Assembly: GCA_030668825.1 (NCBI GenBank)
Contig: DAOVET010000078.1
Coordinates: forward strand, 1-12,493
DNA length: 12,493 nucleotides
Reading direction: 5' to 3'
Source: Candidatus Heimdallarchaeota archaeon
Lineage (GTDB): Archaea; Asgardarchaeota; Heimdallarchaeia; Heimdallarchaeales; Heimdallarchaeaceae
In this document: one piece after another, positions 1 to 6,186 of the stretch
How the letters are laid out: every line of letters starts with the position of its first letter
How positions within the stretch are numbered: the first letter of the stretch is position 1
Made by a program: the position numbers and the translations under genes
The notes under the pieces: generated by a model
Databases searched by the model: none
The model's input: only the letters and a program-made list of their open reading frames with translations
What the model was told of the DNA's origin: nothing

Positions 1-300
1 GCGATTCTTGATTAAGGATATTTCTACCATCCCTTGTTTCTTAAGTGAATTCCTGATTTCCGATAATTCCTCATCTAAAATGGAAAAGAAGTGAGATTTC
101 TCCGGAAGAAAAACACCTGTCATTTTTCTGTTTGAAAGTAAGCCGCTAATCGCTACATAGCGTTTTTCCAAAGAAAGGTTTGATTGAATCTTTCTTATAT
201 TAATGAAATTGTTTGTTTCTAACTCCTCTAATATTGTTCTAGTGAATTTTTTTTCCTCAGAAGCAAATAGATCTTTTATCTTTTGTAAAAATGAACTCAT
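1..300 (-). CDS. Partial (runs off the left edge) protein with a winged-helix/PCI-like segment resembling DDRGK1/UFL1
   Basis: Not in the ORF track. ATG at 300 opens 100 stop-free codons to the window edge: MSSFLQKIKDLFASEEKKFTRTILEELETNNFINIRKIQSNLSLEKRYVAISGLLSNRKMTGVFLPEKSHFFSILDEELSEIRNSLKKQGMVEISLIKNR. The CDS is well supported; the domain call is by eye only. Confidence 0.75.
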   Translation of the reverse strand, partial: MSSFLQKIKDLFASEEKKFTRTILEELETNNFINIRKIQSNLSLEKRYVAISGLLSNRKMTGVFLPEKSHFFSILDEELSEIRNSLKKQGMVEISLIKNR

Positions 301-426
301 TATATTCAAGAATGATAATTTCGTTTCTTTTCTAAAATGTTACTCTTTGTGTTCATTCTCATATTGAACTAATTAAAGCTTAGAGCGATTGACAGGATAA
401 TTTACTCTCAAATAGAAATTGTGGAG

Positions 427-434
427 TTTATTTA
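427..434 (+). promoter_or_regulatory. Putative TATA box of the signalling cluster (probably leaderless mRNA)
   Basis: TTTATTTA begins 30 nt upstream of the ATG at 457; no SD-like motif before that ATG. Confidence 0.5.
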
Positions 435-456
435 GGTTGTTAGTGTATAAATATAG

Positions 457-1389
457 ATGTCTATGATAAACCACGAAAGAATATCTTCGGGGATAGAAGG
501 CCTTGATGTTCTAATGAATGGCGGAATAATCAAGAATTCTATAAATTCCATAGTAGGTAGTAGTGGAACAGGAAAAACTACTTTTGCTTTAGCTTACTTA
601 TATCAAGGACTTTTAGAAGGAGATCATACCCTTTATTTGTCCTTTGAAGAAACCCCCTCAAAATTAATTGGGGAAGCCGAATCTTTAGGAATTAACATTC
701 GTGAAATGACAAATGATGCTGAAGACCTAATTCATTTAGTTGAAAGTGAGAAGATTGTTGAGTTTATGACAAATATACTCCCTGCCCTAGCTCAAAAGTT
801 GAAACATCGAAATGTTAAACACACAAGAATTATTGTGGATCCACTCACACCTATATTGTGGGAATTTCCTTCAGAAAAAGAGCAAAGAAAAGTTCTAACT
901 AAGATCTATCACCATTTGAGCTCACTAGGTACGGTATTGCAAACTGTTGAAGAACCAAATGCTTTTGGTCAAACAGATATTGGTGCCAAAGAAACAAGAG
1001 TACCAATTTACTTATCTGATAGTGTCATTCACATACAAAATCTAGGTTTGGGGGGAAAATACAACAGAACTTGTAAGGTTGTTAAATCTCGAAAAACACC
1101 CCATCACGAAGGAATCTATCCTCTTAATTTTGTTAATGGACCAGGCTTAGTTATAGATACTAGTTCAATTCAGAACGTTGCATTTAATCCAGTTGTTAAC
1201 GACATAAGATACCAAGAGCTAATGAAAAGAGTGAAAGAACTCTCTAAAGATAAAGATCCAAAGAAAAGAGTGATTGCTCAAATTGCAAAGAACCTTCTTG
1301 GTGAAAGAGAGAATAGGGATAGTTCTCAGAATATGGAACTTGTTGAAGTATTAACAGATAAGCAGATATTACAAGAGGTAAGAAAATGA
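457..1389 (+). CDS. Single-domain KaiC-like RecA-superfamily ATPase (COG0467/RAD55-like)
   Basis: N-terminal RISSGIEGLD, Walker A GSSGTGKT, YLSFEE catalytic glutamates, Walker B RIIVD, and KVVKSRKTPH (K-x-R motif), plus a helical C-terminal extension. Confidence 0.9.
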   Translation: MSMINHERISSGIEGLDVLMNGGIIKNSINSIVGSSGTGKTTFALAYLYQGLLEGDHTLYLSFEETPSKLIGEAESLGINIREMTNDAEDLIHLVESEKIVEFMTNILPALAQKLKHRNVKHTRIIVDPLTPILWEFPSEKEQRKVLTKIYHHLSSLGTVLQTVEEPNAFGQTDIGAKETRVPIYLSDSVIHIQNLGLGGKYNRTCKVVKSRKTPHHEGIYPLNFVNGPGLVIDTSSIQNVAFNPVVNDIRYQELMKRVKELSKDKDPKKRVIAQIAKNLLGERENRDSSQNMELVEVLTDKQILQEVRK

Positions 1390-1745
1390 ATTTTAACCAA
1401 GGAATTGGTTCTGAATTAATGGATTTAAATCACTTAGATGAAGTAGAAGCCGCAATACTCTTCCGAATTGATGGGGATGTTGTTGATTCATCATTTAAGG
1501 AAGAATATTCTCACAATTTATTAAGAACAATTCAGTGGTGCAAAGCAAATGTTGACAAAGTTTCTTTAGAAATGAAATCAAACAATCTCAATAAAGTAAC
1601 TTACGAATTAAGTGAATTCTGTGTAATCTTTTATGTTGTAAATAGTATACTGATCCTAACAACTATTGCAAGCAAAAATGCTAATCTTAGTTTGTTATCT
1701 ATAGAATCCAAGAGAAAAGCTCTCTTAATCTCTAATTATTTGTGA
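1386..1745 (+). CDS. Roadblock/LC7 (MglB/LAMTOR2-like) domain protein
   Basis: 119 aa with the roadblock pattern VEAAILFRIDGDVV...helix...beta strands...ANLSLLSIESKRKALLI. ATGA overlap with the upstream gene and SD-like GAGGTA. Confidence 0.85.
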   Translation: MNFNQGIGSELMDLNHLDEVEAAILFRIDGDVVDSSFKEEYSHNLLRTIQWCKANVDKVSLEMKSNNLNKVTYELSEFCVIFYVVNSILILTTIASKNANLSLLSIESKRKALLISNYL

Positions 1746-3100
1746 GGGGTTTCTTTATGCAGATAGCAACAAGAACAACTAGCCACAGATCTATCAATAT
1801 AACTACAAAACATATCATCAAAGATGTTATTGGTGATATTAACGGCACACCTGACTTTCTGCTTATTGCGTATACTCCAAATTATCGTGAAAAAAGACAA
1901 TATGAGCAAGCTATATCAAAAATTTGTGAAGAAAGCGGAACACAGAATATAATCGGAGGAACATTTCCAGCTGTCGCTACATCGAATGATATACCAACTA
2001 CTCAAGGTTGTTCTGCAATGGCTTTCAAATCATCAGAATTGAATATTCATTCTTCAGTTTCCTATTCAAATATTAGAATAAACCCCAATAAGGGAATAGA
2101 TAAACTAATTCAACTCTTTAAAGATGATCAAAATAAGTTTAAGACAGGATTCTTCCTTACACCTGGTCCGTTTTTTCCACCCGATGCTTTCAAAGATATG
2201 AAAATATTGGATACTATCTTCGCACACAAATTTAGAGGAATGTTCAATATGATTGGTAAACTCATTAATCGAAATATGGGGAAGAATGGTTATGGTGTAA
2301 CATCGTTTGCATACAAGATGCTGATGAAATTACTGGAAAATAATGTAGAAAATGCCCTAGGAGGAGCCACTATTGATTTAGATATGCTCTCTTGTTATCA
2401 ATTTCAAGGAGAAAATGTTTTTCAAAATGCAATGGTTGGAACAGTCTTTTCTTCTGATACCCTGAACTTTGAACATAATTGGACATTTGATAAATCACAG
2501 AAGACTAAAAGCTTTGAGCTATCAAAGGGACTCAAAAGCAGCAGTTATGTTCATGAGATAAATGAAAGACCCGCCCATGAAGAATTTCTTGAATTGCTAG
2601 GTATGTCCAAAGAACTCTATGAAGAAGCTTTCAAAAATATGGCTTATGCTTCATTGTTGTATCTTTCTACATTGAAATCAAAGAATCAAGGGAATCTACC
2701 ATTTGTATCTGTATGTCATCCAACTTTGAAAGGAGTTATTTCAACAATTCCAGAGGAAATTTTAGATGAGAGCGAAAAAATCGCGGAATTTTTCACACAA
2801 TCTGGTTTAGGAGTGCAAAAATCTGCATATGAATGTGCTAATGCAGCAGCACAGAAAATTGATCATCCAATTTTTGGCCTTTTTATTAACTGCAGCAATA
2901 GATTGCTCATTGCTGGTGATAAAATTGAAGAGGAAAACAAGATGGTCAAAGAAGCAATAGGAACAGATGTACCTTTCATGACACTATATTCAGGAGGAGA
3001 ATTTTCCATAATTAAGAACAAGCCAATCTACTCTTCGGTTTCTGTACATGGGTTGGTTGCAGGATATAACAATTCACCACAAAAAAATGTGGTGCTTTAA
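1742..3100 (+). CDS. FIST (FIST_N + FIST_C, NosP-like) sensory domain protein
   Basis: PDFLLIAYT...IIGGT (FIST_N), GGAT, VHEINERPA, and GLFINCSNR...PFMTLYSGGEF (FIST_C C-x-x-R and GE motifs). GTGA overlap with the roadblock stop; alternative start ATG 1757 after GAGGGG. Confidence 0.85.
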   Translation: MRGFFMQIATRTTSHRSINITTKHIIKDVIGDINGTPDFLLIAYTPNYREKRQYEQAISKICEESGTQNIIGGTFPAVATSNDIPTTQGCSAMAFKSSELNIHSSVSYSNIRINPNKGIDKLIQLFKDDQNKFKTGFFLTPGPFFPPDAFKDMKILDTIFAHKFRGMFNMIGKLINRNMGKNGYGVTSFAYKMLMKLLENNVENALGGATIDLDMLSCYQFQGENVFQNAMVGTVFSSDTLNFEHNWTFDKSQKTKSFELSKGLKSSSYVHEINERPAHEEFLELLGMSKELYEEAFKNMAYASLLYLSTLKSKNQGNLPFVSVCHPTLKGVISTIPEEILDESEKIAEFFTQSGLGVQKSAYECANAAAQKIDHPIFGLFINCSNRLLIAGDKIEEENKMVKEAIGTDVPFMTLYSGGEFSIIKNKPIYSSVSVHGLVAGYNNSPQKNVVL

Positions 3101-3111
3101 ATATTTTTTTT
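3096..3111 (+). promoter_or_regulatory. Putative internal TATA box overlapping the FIST stop, followed by a T8 run
   Basis: TTTAAATA at 3096-3103 lies 29 nt upstream of ATG 3125; the T-run at 3104-3111 resembles an archaeal oligo-U terminator. Confidence 0.4.
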
Positions 3112-3721
3112 GGATATGATTATGATGAATGCAACGCCCCCTCAAAACTCACAACATGGCAATATATTGAAAATTGCTGTATTGGGGTTAGGTTCAGTGG
3201 GAAAAACTACAATATCTAAAAGCTATTCTGGAGAACTTGATGACCCAAACCAAATCTCAATGACAAAAGGTGTAGACATTACAGTGAAAAGAATAGTTCA
3301 CCAAGGTCGTACAGTAACTCTACAGATTTGGGATTTTGCTGGGCAAAAACAATTTCGATTTATGATTGATGTTTTCCTACGTGGAGTTAAAGGTGTAATG
3401 TATGTTTATGATATTACGGATATAGAAACCCTAGCCTATTTGAATGAATTTGTTGATCTAACCCGTAATTATTTAGCTAACCACTTCTATCCTAAAATTC
3501 CAGAAGTTTTAGTTGGAAACAAACTTGACTTGGAAGATTCGGAAGTATCCATAGAAGATATCCACGATTTCATGAAGAATTATGACATCAAAAAGCATTT
3601 TCTTGTGAGTGGTCTTTTATCAGGCAATGTTTCAGAACCCTTTGAGTATATTGTTAACCAGATAATAAACAAGGAACAAAGTCTAGCTGATGAGCTAGTA
3701 TCAAAATATCAGAGCTTCTAG
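3110..3721 (+). CDS. Ras-superfamily small GTPase (Rab-like/Roc-like), no prenylation tail
   Basis: G1 GLGSVGKT, G2 TKGVD, G3 WDFAGQ, G4 NKLD, G5 VSG; Rab-like RFMIDVFLRG and MYVYDIT segments. True start is probably one of the ATGs at 3116, 3122 or 3125. Confidence 0.93.
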   Translation: MDMIMMNATPPQNSQHGNILKIAVLGLGSVGKTTISKSYSGELDDPNQISMTKGVDITVKRIVHQGRTVTLQIWDFAGQKQFRFMIDVFLRGVKGVMYVYDITDIETLAYLNEFVDLTRNYLANHFYPKIPEVLVGNKLDLEDSEVSIEDIHDFMKNYDIKKHFLVSGLLSGNVSEPFEYIVNQIINKEQSLADELVSKYQSF

Positions 3722-3745
3722 CCAAATTGAAAGATAGGTAATCAA

Positions 3746-4063
3746 ATGAGAGATGTTGACAAATTTATTCGCAAAACATTCAGTTGTGATCATTGTGGAA
3801 AAATGCTAGAATGTAAAATTGAAAGAAAGCAATTGGAAAATTTAAGAGATAGTCAGTTGTTTAACTTTGTTTTAATGCACGCAGACGATCATACATTAAT
3901 CGTTTCAATTGACAGAAGAGGTGAAATTAGAAGATTAAGGATAGCATCACTTAGCTCCAGTGCCGTTCAAGAAACTGAATTTTCTGATTTGGAAATTTAC
4001 CACGCTTTAGAAAAATGTGAAAATATTATCGATGCCTTTAATGTTTTTTTAAAAAATAAATAA
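3746..4063 (+). CDS. Small putative Zn-binding hypothetical protein (CxxC...HxxxH)
   Basis: CDHC near the N-terminus and HADDHTLIVSIDRRGEIR; SD-like AGGTAA upstream; 24 nt after the GTPase stop. Confidence 0.75.
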   Translation: MRDVDKFIRKTFSCDHCGKMLECKIERKQLENLRDSQLFNFVLMHADDHTLIVSIDRRGEIRRLRIASLSSSAVQETEFSDLEIYHALEKCENIIDAFNVFLKNK

Positions 4064-4103
4064 AAAGATATTGAAAAAGAAAATAAGAAGGAAATAGAAA
4101 ATT
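4064..4103 (-). terminator. U-rich terminator region of the ribosomal protein operon
   Basis: The minus strand right after the rpl12 stop reads AATTTTCTATTTCCTTCTTATTTTCTTTTTC, between convergent genes. Confidence 0.55.
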
Positions 4104-4409
4104 CTAACCGAATAGAGCACTTAGACCTAAATCGGCATCTTCTTCTGGTTCTTCTTCTTTTTCTTCATTAGCTTCTGCGGGTGCTGCTTTATCACTTGCA
4201 GCTCCAGGAGATGCTGCAGCTGGTGCAGCAGCCATAACAGTAGCTTTCAAAGCTTCTTCAATATTAACGTCTTTCAAGGCTGCTACTAAAGCTTTAATTC
4301 GAGATTCATCTACTTTTGCTCCAGCGGCTTCAAGTATTCCTTTTACCTTTGTTTGAGTAATATTTTCACCTAATTCATGAAGTATTAATGCTGCATATAC
4401 ATATTCCAT
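4104..4409 (-). CDS. rpl12: 50S ribosomal stalk protein P1 (archaeal L12)
   Basis: MEYVYAALILH N-terminus, Ala-rich hinge, acidic tail ending GLSALFG. Start moved from GTG 4418 to ATG 4409 because SD AGGTGA (4420-4415) sits 5 nt upstream. Confidence 0.97.
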   Translation of the reverse strand: MEYVYAALILHELGENITQTKVKGILEAAGAKVDESRIKALVAALKDVNIEEALKATVMAAAPAAASPGAASDKAAPAEANEEKEEEPEEDADLGLSALFG

Positions 4410-4418
4410 ATTTTTCAC

Positions 4419-5423
4419 CTATCCAAATAACGATCCTAATCCTAGATCTTCCTCGGGTTCTTCCTCAGATTCTTCCTCGGGTTCTTCAGCTACAATAGTT
4501 TCAGTCTGTTGAACTTTTGGAGCTTCAGAAAGTTTGGTCTGAGCTTTGTCTGATAAAGCTCTCGAATCTTTTTCTGCTACAAAAGCTGCGACAGAAAGAG
4601 ATCCTCGAACTGCTTTTGTTAGAATTAATGACAGAGATTTCTTAGTTAGAAATCCAGCATTAACTGAAAGATTGAGAGCTAATTGATGAGCATTTGAAAG
4701 TATCAACAACAAGCTTTGTTTTGTTACAAATCCAGCATTAACTGCTAGATTCAAAGCAGAATTGTAAGCCCATTGAATGTTTGCTCTATATTGCTCATAA
4801 TCAAGTAATAAAGCATCCCCAGGAATGATTTCCCCGTCTTCAAAAGCAACAACAAAACTTAAACCAGTTTGAAAGGGATTGATGTCTAATCTTCTTAGAA
4901 GAAGAGCAACGGTTCTATTTACACGGTCACCTTCTTTAGTTACAACCGCTTCCTCTGCGATACGTATTTGTCCTCCTTCAATCCTTGTTTTGAGTCCTAA
5001 TGATTGTAATTCAGCAATGACAGGTCCAGGAGGGATTCCTGTATTCATTGGTCTAATTATAACATCATTAGGTGCGTATTGTCCAGCTTTTGCTGGTGCG
5101 GGTACTTTATTCTCATCCATGAAAGTCGCTAATTTGTAAGGATTTGTTTCACTTAGTAAGAATGCGCAGGAACCAACAATGTATTCTAATAATTTTTCAA
5201 TACCTGGAACCTTTTTCTTCAAATCAGAAATAGCGATTCTCATTAAGCTATTTCTAGCCATAACAATTTTAGCATCCTTTCGTAAATCTTTTCTCATTCT
5301 TTGAACAACGCTTGCATTGATATTATCAATTCTAACGAGTCCAATAATGGGATAGGATGTGAGATCGTTCTTTAGTTTCTCAACTATTTGTTTTTTCTTT
5401 TCAGAAACTTTTACGGTTGACAT
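4419..5423 (-). CDS. rplP0: 50S ribosomal protein uL10 (archaeal P0/L10)
   Basis: QRMRKDLR...MARNSL, APAKAGQYAPNDVII..NTGIPPGP, P1-binding helices, acidic tail GLGSLFG; SD GGTGA overlaps the rpl1 stop codon. Confidence 0.97.
   Translation of the reverse strand: MSTVKVSEKKKQIVEKLKNDLTSYPIIGLVRIDNINASVVQRMRKDLRKDAKIVMARNSLMRIAISDLKKKVPGIEKLLEYIVGSCAFLLSETNPYKLATFMDENKVPAPAKAGQYAPNDVIIRPMNTGIPPGPVIAELQSLGLKTRIEGGQIRIAEEAVVTKEGDRVNRTVALLLRRLDINPFQTGLSFVVAFEDGEIIPGDALLLDYEQYRANIQWAYNSALNLAVNAGFVTKQSLLLILSNAHQLALNLSVNAGFLTKKSLSLILTKAVRGSLSVAAFVAEKDSRALSDKAQTKLSEAPKVQQTETIVAEEPEEESEEEPEEDLGLGSLFG
4650..4744. repeat. Internal 78-nt-period duplication in rplP0 (P1-dimer-binding helices)
   Basis: AAATCCAGCATTAACTG is identical at 4650-4666 and 4728-4744; protein repeats ALNLAVNAGFVTK / ALNLSVNAGFLTK. 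Confidence 0.8.
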
Positions 5424-5431
5424 CTTGTCAC

Positions 5432-6073
5432 CTACTTAACCTTTATTGCAGGACCCATTGTAGTTTTAATGTAAATTGTACGTATGTTATTTTCCCCTTT
5501 TTCGAGTCTGTTTTCAACGTTTCTTAGTACAGTCAATGCATTCTCAACTATAGAATCATTTTCCATAGCTATAGTAGCAATCCTAGCATTAATAACGGGG
5601 GATTGTCTCAGACGGACTTGTATTGTCGTTTGAAAGTCATTGATGAGCGGTTCGATTGGTGCAGTTGGGGGTAAAGGTCTAGGCATTTTACCGCGAGGAC
5701 CAAGGAACTTTCCCAAACTTCTACCAATGGTTGGCATCAATGAAGCTGTTGCGATAAAGAAATCATATTGTTGGGCTAATTTCTTTGCTATCTTGGGTTC
5801 TCTACTAATGTTGTCCAATTCATCTTTATTGATGATTCTAGCTGCTCCCGCTGATTCAGCGTCTACTAGATGTGATCCTTCTCCAAGCACACAAATCTTA
5901 ATATCTTTCTCTAGAGGGTGAGGAAGTCTAACATCCATCTGAAACCTCTTTGAAGGATCCTGAAGATTAATATCTTTGAAATTGATCGCTATATCAACTG
6001 ATTCAACAAACTTACGAGCAGGTGAATCTTTTTTCATTTTTTCAATTGCAATTTTAAGTTCTTGTTCTACCAT
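5432..6073 (-). CDS. rpl1: 50S ribosomal protein uL1
   Basis: RKFVESVDIAIN, DFFIA...LGKFLGPRGKMP, and YIKTTMGP signature motifs. Confidence 0.98.
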   Translation of the reverse strand: MVEQELKIAIEKMKKDSPARKFVESVDIAINFKDINLQDPSKRFQMDVRLPHPLEKDIKICVLGEGSHLVDAESAGAARIINKDELDNISREPKIAKKLAQQYDFFIATASLMPTIGRSLGKFLGPRGKMPRPLPPTAPIEPLINDFQTTIQVRLRQSPVINARIATIAMENDSIVENALTVLRNVENRLEKGENNIRTIYIKTTMGPAIKVK

Positions 6074-6087
6074 AAGTATCAGCCTCT

Positions 6088-6126
6088 ACCACTTCCGTTA
6101 AGCCCATTGACAACGGTCAGCGTGGT
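6088..6126 (-). promoter_or_regulatory. Structured 5' leader of rpl1 (kink-turn-like hairpin, candidate autoregulatory site)
   Basis: Minus-strand RNA ACCAC-GCUGA-CCGUU...AACGG-AA-GUGGU: two 5-bp stems around an asymmetric loop, directly before SD-like AGAGG. Confidence 0.6.
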
Positions 6127-6155
6127 CAGAACTTAAGAGAAGAAAAGAATGTCTG

Positions 6156-6163
6156 CTTTTAAA
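6156..6163 (-). promoter_or_regulatory. Putative TATA box of the rpl1-rplP0-rpl12 operon
   Basis: TTTAAAAG preceded by purine-rich GATAAGA; predicted TSS near 6133, just ahead of the hairpin. Confidence 0.55.
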
Positions 6164-6186
6164 TCTTATCAAATGCGAGAGTATGA

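Noticed and set aside
309-359. 7-bp inverted repeat AGAATGA/TCATTCT in the divergent promoter region
   Set aside because: Short, AT-rich, with a long spacer; expected by chance.
457-1389. Circadian clock kaiC
   Set aside because: Single ATPase domain, no Ser-Thr phosphosite pair at the equivalent position (reads PIYLSD), and no kaiA or kaiB in the window.
4110-4490. TCTTC/TCCTC-rich repeats, including CTTCCTCGGGTTCTTC twice
   Set aside because: Explained by the Glu/Pro-rich acidic tails of P1 and P0; not a CRISPR or independent repeat.
4879-5139. 86-aa plus-strand ORF
   Set aside because: Antisense shadow of rplP0 with no recognisable motif.
5640-5921. 93-aa plus-strand ORF
   Set aside because: Antisense shadow of rpl1.
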